Below are positions 28,069 through 41,947 of a DNA stretch of 64,000 nucleotides, one piece after another. The DNA lies in assembly GCA_951406725.2 (NCBI GenBank), contig OX597832.1, forward strand, positions 53,258,001 through 53,322,000, read 5' to 3'. The position numbers and the translations under genes are program-made. Under the pieces are notes generated by a model. That model had not been told where the DNA came from. It did no database searches and saw only the letters and a program-made list of their open reading frames with translations. Each line of letters begins with the position of its first letter. Position 1 is the first letter of the stretch. The DNA comes from Octopus vulgaris. Lineage: Eukaryota.

Positions 28069-30576
28069 GTAAGTTTCCTATTGATCCTCATTTAAAATAC
28101 ATCCTTTGGAATATTGCTGACGAAAACTTCTGACATCTGTTTTTGACTGAAAAACATTAATTTGTGTAAACGACGAATTATTTTCTGTTTTGAAGACGAT
28201 TAATCAATGATACTAGGGTTAAATCTTTCAGTTGTTTTAAGATATATGTATGCATGACCATGTATATATACAGAGAGAGGGATAGCTGACGAAGAAAAGA
28301 ATTTATATAATTATTGATGTTGGTATTCGTGTTGGGTGACGCCCTCTAATTAAGAGTTAAACCAGAAAATATTTTCAATTGAGAGACTTTGATTTGGTTC
28401 CAATCGATCATGGAAGCTTTTAGAAAAGTATTGCTACACTTTGATCATGCCTCTGACATTTAATGTCTTTTTGTCACCTTTTATTAAGATATAAAATCCA
28501 CTTGTTGATATCTAAGAATTTGTTTTTTCTTGTAGAGCATTCTCTTGTTCATTGTGCAATTATCTTGGTAACTAACGTACCTTGCAACCCAAGAAAACAG
28601 AAATAATGTGAAATGACAGAATAAAGTAAATCAGACAAAACAGTTGACAAAATTATATATACTTTTTCTTTAATTATGAACTTACATATATATATGTGTG
28701 TGTGTGTGTGTTTTGAAAGTTGTCATATCTGTTTCAGGTAATCGCATATATTTGCATTATTTTGTTCTAGAATATTTTAAGAAAATAAACGTTATGTTTT
28801 CATGTACTGAGCTATATTATATTATACATATATATATATAGCTCAGTACTAATTATGTATGTATTTGTTAAACATTATGATGTGATGTTGATTGTAGCAT
28901 ATAGAGGGCAAGGCACTATGGTGTATTTATTTTTGTTCTTCATAGATCCAAATACTAAACATACCAAATCAGCTGTATCACCAATCACCGTGTTGGGCCG
29001 ATTGGTGACTGTCAGATATAGTAACTGAATTATCAACTACTCTAAATTGGACTGTCAGGGGTTCGAGATTGTATCTTACCAACACTTCTACACTGTTGTC
29101 ACGTTTGGCTGACATCACTATGTTTAGTTAATAATATTCACGCTGGAATTCCTCATCGTTCAGTTTTTATTATCTTTGTTTTATTCGATTCAGATGAGGA
29201 AGAGAAGGTAAAAGCAGACTCGATGAGAGTAAAATAGACTGAAACTGCTAGAATGAACATTTTCTAAATCTCAACTCAGATAAAATATATAAGGCATAGC
29301 TAAGAAATCAATGTTGCAAGTTATTGATCGGGCAGACCTGTGACACACAAGTCTACTGTACGGCAAGGTATGAATTACAAATTTACTAGATTATACCATG
29401 CCACCGTCTGTCTCGCTAAGGACTATACTAACACCCTGGCATTGCTAATGATACGGGCTGCAGTATTTGCAGTCTTTCCACTATTTTTCAGTATATTTCT
29501 GTAAATCTGTCGTTGTATAGTTCCAAGCCAGCTCCGATCGAGCAGACCTGTAAACATTCTATCACCTAAATGACTAGGTACGATCACCAATCACGTATCT
29601 ATTGTTCGAGATACCTTTGACGAGCATACTCCTCACTCTGACATGCATGAATGAATGAATCAATCGTGAGGGTGGGTCATGGCATGACGGTCTGGAAATA
29701 ATACTCCTTCCACGGTTTGCTGCTACAGCAAACTTTGTCCTTCACATGATTAGGTGGCCTGCTATTTTTAGCGCCTTTCTTTGTGTCGGTAGACTGAGCA
29801 TGCAACATGTGATAACGTGAGGTGTACTGATTTTGTGTTCTTTATGGTAGCAGGGCTGACATTAACTGATGATGGGTCTAATGTTTTGACTGTATATACC
29901 ATTGTTGTTGTCTCATTCTGTTGGCCAAATATGGCAGTACCTGTGAGTTCTCTAGCTGTGTTTATGCATCGTTTTGTTTTCTTCAGGTCTTCTCCGTGGG
30001 CTATAGATGTTAAGAAGTTATTGTAATGTAATTCCTATGTGACAACAAGTTGTCAGGGGTTTAGCACCTCGTCTGTTTTGATCAAGCTTACCTATGACCA
30101 ATCATAAACATCTCGTCTTATTTTCAGGCGGAATATTTAGGACTAACACCATCCAATACGTCCTTCCTGTTTAATTTGATAGGGTGTAAGTTTGAGGAAG
30201 ATCTGGCTGCTATTTCTAGCAAACTGAACGACTGCATAGAGCTTCCTTCTTTGACTCATGTTGTTGAGTGTAGTTGTTAATTGTATTTCATGCTCTCTTT
30301 GTTGCTTTTAGGAAGGTAGACAGTGGCTTTTGACAGGTGTTACTTTTAGTATGTGGCTTGGAGCTAGGTTTCTTGATAACCTATATTGATGGTAGTCAAA
30401 GTGATTTTTGGGGTGGGTTTTGAAACAATCAGATACCCTCTGTGTAAAGATTTTCGGTAGTGTGTGTGTGGTGTCCCGAATACTTGTTTGGGATTTGGTG
30501 TTAGTGATATTAATGATGAGCCCTTTGTGAGGCTGATAAGTCTGTAGATGCTGCTTTTAATTAACTTTTGGTGCAA

Positions 30577-30786
30577 TTTAACCCTTTGCTGTTCAGATTA
30601 CTCTGACAAATGAAATGATTATTTATTCACATTGTTTTGAATTAATCATAATCCTGCATTATCTCGTAGCTTCAAGATTTTGATGATGTGATTGTTTATT
30701 TTTAGAATAGCCCCGTAAAGTAGGTGTTGAGGCCAGGTTCTGGCCTAATTGAACATAAAACTGGTTGGCTTGATGCTAAAGGGTTA
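30577..30786. mobile_element. TTAA-specific MITE, family B (other copies ~7150-7373, ~8610-8725, ~11911-12126, ~15771-15995, ~41579-41795)
   Basis: TTAACCCTTT(A)GC ... GCTAAAGGGTTAA termini, and a shared internal sequence (attcaaaacaatgtgaataaataagcattacatttgac or its reverse complement). Confidence 0.8.
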
Positions 30787-30996
30787 AAATTCCAATGATC
30801 TTTCCCCTAGTTTCTAGATTCTGGCAAATTTGGTAGAATTGGTTTATAAGTTAGTGAAGATGTTGGTGAGAGTGGTGATTCCATCGGATTATTATGATAG
30901 TGTGCGTGTGCTTGTAATTTTGTTACACCGAAAATTTTCATTTCTCTATTGCTCTTCTACTGGAAAGAAACAGTCCGGATTATTTTTACCTGTAAT

Positions 30997-31161
30997 TACT
31001 TGCGTAGCTGGGGTGGAGGGTGAAACGGTCCGTCCCGGGTTGCATTTTTAAAAGGGGCGACACTTTTGGGTCTGCTGTAGGCAATATGTGCTTTTGTGGG
31101 GTCCGAGTGGGGGCAAACGGAAGGGCCGCCCCGGGCGGCACACACCCTAGCTACGCTAGTG
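30997..31161. mobile_element. GC-rich hAT-type MITE
   Basis: 19-bp imperfect TIRs TACTTGCGTAGCTGGGGTG / CACCCTAGCTACGCTAGTG, 8-bp TSD CCTGTAAT/CATGTAAT (7/8). Confidence 0.8.
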
Positions 31162-31499
31162 CATGTAATGTGTGATTTTTAAATTTTGTTTCATGTGGTC
31201 TTTGTGTCATTGAAAGTAGCGGATTTTATAGAAATATCTGATAAGAGCATTGTCCTTGCTTCATAATGTGAACTTTGAAGGAAATTTAGCTGCTAACTCT
31301 TGCAGGTCAGATGGCTGCATTGAGGCTGTTTTGTATTATGTAGATGATGCAGAGTTGTGATAACTTATGACATAATGCTCAAATAATTGCTGTAGCGTTT
31401 TTACTTTCATTTCTGTTAAATATTAATTGCAATCTTAGCTTTGGTGCACACACAGTATGTATTAGAAAATGCTAACAATCAATTAACTGTTGTACCTTG

Positions 31500-33060
31500 A
31501 TGTTTGTTTGTCTCCTATCCTCTTCCATCCACACACCAGTAAAATATTTGCTAGTTTTTAATCCCTTGCACTCCTATGCAGATGATACCACCTTCAATTA
31601 TCTTTATATATTCTCACACAGGCATCATTCATTGCAATGTAGATAGTTTATGTAATTCTATGAATAGAGATCTTTATGCCCTAAAGAGATATCTTTTTAG
31701 GGCATAACAGCCCGTCCCCTTTAACAAAATACAAACCGTTACTGCACATCTCAAAGATAGTTGTCATACACCACCACATCATTTTTGGTTGAACTAAACC
31801 ATCATCATCATCATTTAACGTCCGTTTTCCATGCTGGCATGGGTCGAACGGTTTCACAGAAGCTGACCAGCTGAAGGCTCCAATCTGATCTAGCAATGTT
31901 TCTACAGCTAGTTGCCCTTCCTAATGCCAACCCCTTTACAGAGTTTACTGGGTGCTTTTACGCAAAACCGGTATGGGTACTTTTTATGTGGCACTGGCAC
32001 TTATGAGCCTGCAAGATTAGGGATGCTCAGCTGGAGAGGGTTACAAGGGACGAGCCTGTATGCAAAGGCAACCAACCTTTTACTTATCTTAACGTGTCTT
32101 TTCAAGCACAGCAAACTGCCAGGCGTATCAGTCCCCAGTTGTCTCCTCTGTGAGTCCCAAACGTTTGTAGATCCTCAAAGTTAAATCTCACGCTCTCTCT
32201 TCTCATCACAAAGTCACCTTATATTTATGACACTGCCAAATCTACATCCCAAAGTCTACCCTTTCCATTCAGAACCAGAAAATTCTTAATCCCTGATGAA
32301 TTACTGACATTTTATAAATCTCCATTAACCCTTTTCTGACCATATCTATGTTGAGATGTCCGTGCTTCTTTTAATTAATTTTAAGTATAACAAAGACTTT
32401 AGTAAAATAACTTAGTTATCATTAAGCCAGTGTTAGGAACATAAATTGTGACGAAGGTTTGGTGGAATATTTTGATTCAGAACTTGAAAACGAAACATTT
32501 GTACTACAGAGCCAGAGGCGGGTTCAGCCAGGTTGGTATCGAAAGGGTTAATACTCATATGCAGAATGATAAAAAACAAAGATTTCACAGATGTTTCACA
32601 ATTTCGTTCCGAAGTCTACAGCTGTTTCCGCAATTGAGATACACTCATCATCATCATCCATATAATTACATAATTAATAATAAAATCCATAATTCATTTG
32701 AATAAGATGGATAAACCATTTCATCAGGAAATAAAATTCAAAAAACAGAAAATCTAAATACTTGTTACTGTTTCAAATATGACCTTGACAAGACAGAGAA
32801 TATTTATTTCCCAACACTCTACAATCAATGTAACTCATGGACGCTGTTTTACTCTTAGCTCTTCTACCATAGCTATGATAATCTGAACAGTTTGATTGAT
32901 CATTTCTATCCAAACCTATAAACCTTTGGAATTCCTTTCTTGTTCAAATTTTTCCTATGTCCATTGATCTCAACAGAAGTTCAAGCTCAGCATCAAATCC
33001 AATGACATTGAGAGTTTATGAAATGCTGCAAAGATCATGTCTACTTCCCATCTTCCCCTA
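31500..33060 (+). mobile_element. Decayed Jockey/CR1-group LINE RT fragment split by two younger insertions
   Basis: NPLHSYADDTT (RT catalytic YADD) at ~31560-31592 and an LWNS-type C-terminal motif near 32925. Interrupted by a repeat at ~31800-32180 and the MITE at 32329. Confidence 0.7.
32329..32547. mobile_element. TTAA-specific MITE, family A
   Basis: TTAA|CCCTTTT ... GGTATCGAAAGGG|TTAA, inserted within a LINE remnant. Confidence 0.85.
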
Positions 33061-33269
33061 ATTAATTAATTTAAAAAATGCAATGTCTTGTTTGAAGGGT
33101 AGTTTGTCAAATATTATATGGAACATTAAGCCTTTTACTGTGAAAATCAGATATATCTACTCAAAATTTCATTACACTTAACCGTGGGAAACAGTTTTAT
33201 TTACCAATCTATCTTTTATTGAAGAATGTCATGTTTAAAACAGTTTGTTGAGATGTATCAAGTTTATTG

Positions 33270-33730
33270 AGGCAATGTAACTTTGCAGAAAATATGAGCC
33301 AAGATATGAATGCTGAAATATTGAAGAGAATAAAGGTGGAAATGTGCTCTGAGCAAAACTGGACAAGACCATACATGCCAGTCTCTTCAATAGCACTGTC
33401 CTACTTCTGCTCTGATACAAAAGTGAGATCTGTGCCACCACAAAGAGGAAAGAACTTTGGCTATGACACATTGGTCTATGGAAAGATCTGTGCATGGAAT
33501 ATCATTACAAGAACATACTTGAAATGAGATAATTCAAGAACAGAGCAGAGTGAATGATGTGATCACAGAATGCTGAAAGCACAAGTTCTGTTGGACCAGA
33601 CATATTGCAAGGTTCACAGACAACAGTTGGACCCATACAGTTGCCAAATGGTATCCAAGAGGTCGGAAAAGGCCTCCAAAACAATGGGTAGTTGATTTAT
33701 TTAAGCGATGAAGGAAAAGAATGGTGCAAT
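33270..33730 (+). mobile_element. RTE LINE 3' remnant
   Basis: WTRHIARFTDNSWT...WYPRGRKRP resembles the WAGHVAR...WT...WYPR motif of RTE-1 elements. Confidence 0.7.
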
Positions 33731-34018
33731 CAAGAAAAAATTTGCCCAGTCACTCATTTCTAAAAGACTTCAGATTTTGTAATTGCTGGTATAGCAGCAA
33801 TGGTCTAAACTAGATATGTGAAAAACAGGAGATAAGAGGCTGATAAGCATGGGCATAACTTTGTGGTAAGTTGTTTGCTTCCCAACCACATGATTCTAGG
33901 TTCAGTCCCACTGCATGGCACTTTGAGCAAGTGTCTTCTACTATAGCCGTGGGCCAACTAAAGCCTTGTGGGTAGATTTGGCAGACTGAAACGGAAAGAA
34001 ACCTACCTGTGTATTAAT

Positions 34019-35241
34019 GACGGTCATCCCATAAATAATGCAGTTTTTTTATACTTCTTTTACTTTTCAAAATTAAGATGAAAGTATACTCTCCTTCATT
34101 TTCTACAATGCTCTTCCATCTATCTGGTAGACTTGCAAGGCCCCTCTTCCACAATTCACTCGTCTATGCCAAAAAATACTCCTCCAGTACTATTCTGACC
34201 TCGTCTACAGAATTCATATTTTTTCCATCCAAATGATTTTGAAGACTGCAGAATAAATGATAATCAGATGGGGCAATATTTGGCGAATATGGTGGGTGGG
34301 GCATCTCCAGCCTTTGGAATGTGATCCTTGCTGTATGTGGCTGAGCATTATCCTGATGGTAGAACACCTTTTGTCTTAAAGCTAAAGATGGTTGTTTTTC
34401 TTCTAGTTCTGACTTAAGCCGCTCGCAGTAGATCTCCTTTGTTATCATTTAGTTTGGGTTTAAAAGTTCAAAGTGGACTAAACCTTTCATATCCCACCAA
34501 ACAGATAACAACACCTTATGTAGGTGAAGACCTTTAGCCTAGAGTGCTGGTGTTTCTCCTTTCCCTACCCACTGTCTTTAGTGCTTGACATTTTTATAGA
34601 AAACCCATTTCTCATCACCAGACACTATTTGGTCCAAAAAAGGTTCATTCGTGAGACGTGACAGCAAAGAAGAGCACACATTCAATCTCTGTGTGTGGTT
34701 AGACTTGGAAAGTTTGTAACGAACCCATTGACCCAATTTGCTGAGTTTTCTGATGGCATGCAGGTGGCAATGAATGGTTGAAAGACCAAATCCAAGCTAC
34801 ACTGCTAGTTCCTCAACAGATGGGATTTTGTTCCATCATGGTTTGCAGGATGTCTTCATCAAGCTCCACAGATCTTCCAAGATGAGGCTCGTCTTCTAGG
34901 CTGTAGTTTCCAGCTCAGAATTTCTGGAACCACCACTGACACTGGTTTATGCTTATTGTCCAATCCCCATATACTGCACATTTATTCCTTGCACTTTCTG
35001 TTCTTGCCTTTATTGAACTCATAAAGCAAAATATGCCGAATATGCTCCTTTGTCACTTCTATTATAGCTTTGAAAAAATAACTGTTAAAATTGATCTGCA
35101 CTCTTCAAAACTGGCACTATGAATAAGGCAAAATTACTACCTTCTTTTATAGCAAGTTGATGCAGGTAGTTTATCCTGTCCCTCTCTGACTTTTAGTTCA
35201 TGCAACTGAAAAAAAACCACATTATTTATGGGATGACCCAA
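34019..35241 (-). mobile_element. Decayed full-length mariner (Tc1/mariner, DD34D-type) transposon
   Basis: TIRs ggtcatcccataaataatg / cattatttatgggatgacc about 1.22 kb apart. Minus-strand motifs KEHIRHILLYEF, GQWVRYKL (degenerate WVPHEL), GDEKWVFY, HQDNAQPH and HPPYSPNIAPSDYHLF, with stops and frameshifts. It splits a SINE (33850-34010 / 35250-35510). Confidence 0.95.
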
Positions 35242-37776
35242 TATTTTATGTGTGTTGTGTGTGTGTGTGTGTGTTACTGCCATGACATTATGTAATAGTA
35301 AATGAGTGTCGCCATGCAAGTTGTGTCCTTTGTTTCTAATCTTCCGTGAAATTATGCCTGGACAAGGTGAAATATTACCTTTACCCAGAAACAAATGAGG
35401 GTTAGCAACCAGAAGGGCATCTTAGTCATAGAAAATCTGCCTCAACAAGTTCTGTCCAACCCATGCAAGCATGGAAAAGTGGATGTTAAAATGAAGATGC
35501 TGATGATGATGAAGCCTATATTGTGTGTGCAGTATCAGTTACCTCGTTGTAGACCTTGTGATTTGCTTGAAGAACAGCGATATGGCTGTCTGTTTCCCTA
35601 AAATTGAACATCTCCTGCTTCCTGGTTATATATATTCGCTTCAGGGTGAGCGCATGCATTTGTTTGTGTGTTCATTCAGGCATTTAAACATTTGTGTCAT
35701 TGTGTGTTTGCACACACTTCCTGTTTTATTTTTTTTATTATTTAGCTTGAAAAGCGACTACAGTGTCGGTGGGTATTGCAAGCTTTGCCCACAAAAGGAA
35801 AGCTCACTTCATTGTATCTGTGTGTATGTATCTTGTTGTCCCATTAGAAATTTGGCTTCCAACTTAGTTTGAAATTTGTGCAACTTACCTTACCTGAAGG
35901 TTGATTCTTTCTCTTCAATTCTGTAATTGTTTTTCTTATTGTTTATATATAGGTGCAGGTGTAGCTATGTGGTAAGTAGCCAGCTTACCAACAACATGCT
36001 TCCGGGTTCAGTCCCATTGTGTGGCGATCCACTTATTTCGGTTAGTGACACTAGCACCCCTGAGGGTAATGTTCCCTGGGAATGCACAAAAGCCCTTTTC
36101 AGAGTTATTTACTTTGAATTGCTATTATCTCATATCTGATTAGCCTGCTATTACATAACATGCTTCACAATTTTAGTATGCATACCTTATTAGTATTTCC
36201 TCCTATGTCCTATATACTCTGGGAATGCATTAAAGCCCTTTTAAGGGCTACTTTATTTGAATTTTTACTATCGGGTAACTAATTTCATGTTATTACATAA
36301 CTCTCTCTCTCTTTCGGAGAGGCACAAGCACCTACACGCACATATACACACACGGCAGTAACTTCCGCCTGCCGAATTCAATCACAAAGCTTCGGTCGGC
36401 TCGGGGCTATAGCAGAAGACACCTACCCAAAGTGCCACGCACTGACTTCACAATTTGGGTTTTCATAACTTATTGGGAATTCCTAAAAACAAGATACTGT
36501 GTAAGTCATTTCGGTATTCTCCGTAAATGCACAAAATCCATTTTAAGGGCTACATACTTCGTATTGTTGTTATTGGATTAGCGAAACAATTATGAGAACA
36601 GAACCAAGGGATAATCCCTGCTTTCCCAGGAATTACTGGGTACGTCAGCTAGTATATCTATGTGAATGTTTGAGTGTCTATGTTTGTCCCCTACCATCGC
36701 TTGACAACCTATATTGGTGTGTTTATGTCCCCGTAACTCAGCAGTTCAGCAAAAGAACTGATAGAATAAGTACTAGGCTTACAAAGAATAAGTCCTGGGT
36801 TCAATTTATTCGACTAAAGGTGGTGCTCCAGCATGGTCACAGTCAAATGATTGATACAAATAAGAGATCTTTTAAACATTTTCATCTCTACACTACAAAG
36901 TCCTTCAGTTATTTTTTCTCTTCTGATGCAGTTCTTGGACTCACTAGATCCTTTCAACCTATCCAACCCATGCCAGCATGGAAATTGGATATTAAATGAT
37001 GATGATATCAATAAGCATTTTCATCTATACACTGCAAAATTTTTTTACTTTTATTCACCCAGAAAAACCTGAGACGAGGTGGTGAAGCATGACCTTCGCT
37101 CTTTAGGTCTCACCAAGGAAATGATCAGAGACCGAGACCTTTGGAAGTATGCTGTGTGTGAGAAGACCCGGCAGGACAAGTGAGGCCATAACCCGTGGCT
37201 TCTACCTGGGATGTAGTCAGTCCACCTGTGCATACCTTCCTTCTTGGGACACAAAACTCTACTTGTGAAGACCTGTTGAGGCAAGTGAAAATCAAAAATC
37301 GAAATCGATCAACATCAATGGAATTTGTAGTTGTGATACCAGTGCCGGTGGCACGTAAGAGAACCATCCGAACGTGGCCGATGTTTTGCCTCTTAACAGA
37401 ATTTAAAGGACAATTTAGAATTACTGGTTATTAACCCTTTAGCATTCAGATTACTCAGTAGAGATGGTGTGGTGCTGGGTCACTATAATGTGAAAAAACA
37501 TTGGAAATTGGAAAAAGCATGCTGCAAACTACCCAATATTATACAACGTGTTTGTAGAACCTGCTGTGGTGTGCAACGGCCAGAAAAGCTGGGATAAGTC
37601 CAAAGGATAGACCATGTTATAACAATTTGTGGAATAGACCAAACTAAGTGGTTTCAACAGTTTATGAGGGTTAATAGGGACATGATACTAACAGTGATGA
37701 AACTAACAAAGAAAGATGCTAATACAGGAGGTGAAGGTCGCATTGACCAACTTTGTATGTTTACTGCACTGCTTAA

Positions 37777-37997
37777 CCCTTTCGTTACTATATTTATTTT
37801 GAGATGCTCTGTGTTTCTTTCAGCTACTTTAACTATAACAGAGAATTTAGTAAAATAACTTAGCTTTCAGTCAGCTAGTGTTAGGAACGTAAATTGTGAT
37901 GAAGGTTTGGTGGAAGATTTTAATTCAAAACTTATGGAAACAAGACATTTGTATTACAGAGCCAGAGGCAGTTTCAGCCGGGTTGGTAATGAAAGGG
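37777..37997. mobile_element. TTAA-specific MITE, family A
   Basis: TTAA|CCCTTTCGTTAC ... GTAATGAAAGGG|TTAA. Confidence 0.88.
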
Positions 37998-38970
37998 TTA
38001 AAGGGCAGCCATAAAAGTATTCTTGACTTAAGGTGGTATCTAATTTTGTGAATATCTGGCAGAATGCAGCATGTTGCTTCTTCCTCTTGGTGTCTTTGAG
38101 GATCACATTGAATGCATTTGTATAGGATGAGGTGCTAGGTCCTTGTTGTGTGACAACACATTCCTAAAAACTGGTACTCCATCGGTTACGATGACGAGGG
38201 TTCTAGTTGATCCGATCAACAGAACAGCCTGCTCGTGAAATTAACGTGCAAGTGGCTGAGGACTCCACAGACACTTGTAACCTTAATGTAGTTCTCAAGG
38301 AGATTCAGCGTGACACAGAATGTGACAAGGTTGACCCTTTGAAATACAGGGACAACTCATCTTGACTAGCTGAGTGAACTGGAGCAACATGAAATAAAGT
38401 GTCTCGCTCAAGGACACAATGCCCCACTAGGAATTGAACTCACAACCTTATGATCGTGAGTTGAATACCCTAACCACTGAGCCGCACACCTCTGTAAAAG
38501 CATATGCCTGAATGATATGAACTTAGTTTGCACAGTTCTTTATGTGGAAGTGACTCACTGAAAATGCTACAGACTATAATACTAAAACTGACTCACAGGA
38601 GAATAAAGGACAGTCAAAGTGTATCCTTGAGTGACAGGAACCAGTTGATTCTGTGTATAGAACTTATAATTCAACTTAATAACTTGTTACTTTATAAAAT
38701 CCATGTCTATAACTTCACAAGATTGTCACATGTATTATGTAATGCTCTTATATTATCACAAACAGAAAGACAGTAGTTTTTAGTTACCTTTGTTGCTTTT
38801 TCATAATCTTAAAACATTATTTTGAAGCCTTTATTGGATTCCTTGACCTCGAAAACATAGGATTAACATGCTTCAGTTTCTAGGCTGACTAAAAGCTAAG
38901 ATAATACAAAATAGTTATGGTGGCCATTTTGAAAATCCAAGATGCCAACCATGTCTGTAGAAATGCCAAT

Positions 38971-39896
38971 ATTAGTTTTCAGATTGTAAGGCAATGAGCT
39001 GGCAGAATCATTCGTATGCCAGGCAAAATGCTTGGTGGTATTTCATCCATCTCTATATTCTGAGTTCAAATTCCGCTGGGGTCACATTTGCTTTTCATCC
39101 TTTTGAGGTTGATGAGATAAGTACTAGTTGAGGACTGGGGTCGATGTAATTTGCTTCTCCCTTTCCCCTGAACTTGCTGGCCTTGTGCCAAATTTTGAAT
39201 CCTGTATTAGTTTTTAGATTGTAAGGTAGTGAGCTAGCAGAATCATTGGCATGCTAGGCAAAATACTTAACAGTGTTTTGTCCATCTCTACATTCTGTGT
39301 TCAAATTCTTTCAAGGTCAATGAAATAAGTCCTGGTTAAGCACTGGGGTTGCTGTAATTGATTGCTCCCTTTCCCTTGAAGTTGCTGGCCTTGTGCCAGA
39401 ATTAGAGACTTATATAAGTTTTCAGATTGAAAGACAGCAAGCCAGCAGAATCATTAGCCGGCCAAGCAAAATGCTTTGCGGTATTTCGTCCATGTCTATG
39501 TTCTAAGTTCAAATTCCGTCGAGGTTGACTTTGCCTTTCATCCTTTTGCAGTTGATGAAATAGGTACCAGTTGAGCACTGGGAATGATGCAATCGACTTA
39601 CTCCCCACCTCGAAACTGATGGCCTTTTGCCAAAATTCTAAGCCTATATTAGTTTTCAGATTGTAAGGCGGTGAGCTGGCACAATTGTTATCATTCTGGG
39701 CAAAATTCTTAGCAGTATATTGTCCATCTCTACATTCTGAGTTCAAATTCCGCCGATGTTGACTTTGTCTTTCATCCTTTTGGGGTTGATAAAATAAGTG
39801 CCTGTTGAAGACTGGGGTTGATGTAATCTGCTTACCTCCTCCCCTGAAATTGCTGGCCTTGTGCCAAAATTAGAAACCAGTACTAGTTTTCAGATT
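38971..39896 (+). repeat. Head-to-tail array of four family-3 SINEs
   Basis: Units of about 208-235 bp, each starting (A)TTAGTTTTCAGATTGTAAGG..GAGCTGGCAGAATC. Confidence 0.9.
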
Positions 39897-41017
39897 CTCC
39901 ATGCTTTCATGATGGTAAAAGTGTACAACTTTGCTAATCTCCAAAAATTTTGAATGAAATTCTGTTTGTTAACACAGCGAGGCAGAAGTGGTTTTATCAA
40001 TGTCTATATGTAACTATAGTTAGCCTAATCCCTACCAATTGACTCACATAGTACATTGCTTTTATTATCTCTGTAATTTTTTTGGCTTAGATTACCCCGG
40101 TCTTCATTTTAGAGCTTTGCCTGCTCAACAGGGCTTAAACCTATAACAGATAAGTTGAGGGAAAAGTTTTAATCATAGTGCTGTTATGATATCTGCGTTG
40201 TCATAGTAGGCAGGTGGTGACAAATAAGAATGTAGCATTGAGGACTTTCGTGTCGATAGTAGCTGTAAGAAAGGTTGCAGACATGCTGCACTGAAGGCGT
40301 TGGTTTTATGTATAAGACTTTCGAGAGTAGAAAGAATGGAAAGTTTGAGAACTTTTTATTCATTCCTGGAAAACTGCATTAATTATTTCAGCTTGTCTGT
40401 ATTTGTAGACAGTTGAAAAGAATACTTTTAAGGAAAAAAAAGAAATAATTAAATGATAGCATTGTAGTAGCGGGTGAGCCCCCTTATAGTTGCGGATGGG
40501 CTTTCTTAGTCTCCTGGCAACCAATATTGGCAACCCAGTCTGCCACTGTATATACATATGTATATGTGTGTGTGTGTATGTATTTATATATGTGTGTGTT
40601 TATCTACATTTGTGTCTGTGTATGTTTCGGTCTCTTTGCTTTGACATTGCGTGTTAGTTTTAAGCTGGTGTCACTGTCATGCACGCGGCTTCTTTCTTCA
40701 TTTCCTTTCTTCCAAGACATGTCTTGTCATGGAGAAATATTATATTATTTGCATTCAAACAAATGAAGGTTGGTGACAGGAAGGGCATCCAACCATAGAA
40801 AACCTACCTCAATGAATTCTATCCAAATACATGCAAACCTGGAAAAGTAGACATTAAATTATGATGACGATGATGATTATGATGATGATTATGATCTGCT
40901 TTATGACTGTCGATTCAAGTTAATATAAGTCATTACAATAGTACTCTCAAGAAATGTTTTCTTAACTGATTTTGTTTTCAGTAATTTTAATATTTTAACT
41001 TTCATTTTAATTTTCAG

Positions 41018-41051
41018 ATCACCTGAGTCTGTTGATTTGCCAAAACAAGAT
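41018..41051 (+). CDS. WDR44: Plus-strand gene (probable WDR44) exon 2 (V-SPESVDLPKQD), 34-nt small exon
   Basis: Acceptor ttttaattttcag, donor GAT|gtaagt. The phase-2 start completes the GT-A codon from exon 1, it ends in phase 0, and there are no stops. Confidence 0.72.
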
Positions 41052-41160
41052 GTAAGTATCCTTATAGAATATTTGCTGTGTGAAAAACTGTTATGATATT
41101 CTTCATTTTTAGAATCCCTTGCTGAATGTTCTTAGTCGCGAATATGAGCTACAGTACCAA

Positions 41161-41537
41161 GTGGAGGCGCAATGGCCCAGTGGTTAGGGCAGCAGACTCG
41201 TGGTCGGAGGATCGCGGTTTCGATTCCCAGACCGGGCGTTGTGTGTGTTTATTGAGCGAAAACACCTAAAGCTCCACGAGGCTCCGGCAGGGGGTAGTGG
41301 TGACCCCCGTTGTACTCTTTCGCTCCAACTTTCTCTCACTCTTTCTTCCTGTTTCTTGTCCCCCGTCTTCCTTCGCAACCGCTGAACTTGGATGCGCATT
41401 CATCCATTAGTCGATGCTCTCGGTGTCGGGGGTTGACCTGCTTTCTCTTCTGCGGGTCTTACAAATAGCAAAGGACCACGTTTCGGACTTCTCCCACTCT
41501 GGGATGAAGACCGCTTTGCTCAACAAACAAACAAACA
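41161..41537 (+). mobile_element. Young, CpG-rich tRNA-derived SINE with (AAAC)n tail
   Basis: A box TGGCCCAGTGG, B-box-like GGTTTCGATTCC, (CAAA)n tail, imperfect TSD GCTACAGTACCAA / GCAACAATACCAA. Confidence 0.85.
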
Positions 41538-41947
41538 AGCAACAATACCAAATTATTAATCTGGCATATTAATGTGTTTTAACCGTTTACTATTCAGATT
41601 ATTTTGTCAAATGTAATACATATTCATTCACTTTGATTTGAATTAATCACGTCTTATCTCATAGCTTTGAGATTCCAATGATATGATTGTGGACACTGTT
41701 AAGTAGGTGTGAGAGGCCAGATCTGGCTAGTTTGAACATAAAACAGGTAGAAAATTTGGGGCCAGATATGGCTGGTATAAATGCTAAAGGCTTAAAGATT
41801 TAAATAATTTTACTGATAAACCACAATTTAATTATCACCGATAGTTTGTCTTTTTGTCTATACACTTGATTCTAAGGTGCAATAATTATTGACATCCTTA
41901 TTATCTCTGACTGAGGTAACTAGTTTCATATGAATGACTAAATATTT

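Noticed and set aside
28804-28849. Small hairpin GTACTGAGCTATA...TATAGCTCAGTAC
   Set aside because: Short arms around a self-complementary TA tract, likely a slippage or template-switch by-product.
34164-34448. Active mariner transposase
   Set aside because: Only a 94-aa fragment is open. The rest has stops, frameshifts and a degenerate WVPHEL motif.
41161-41240. tRNA gene suggested by A/B boxes (also 19093, 44912, 50672, 56550)
   Set aside because: Each runs directly into a multi-copy SINE body and tail, some with TSDs. No convincing acceptor stem or terminator.
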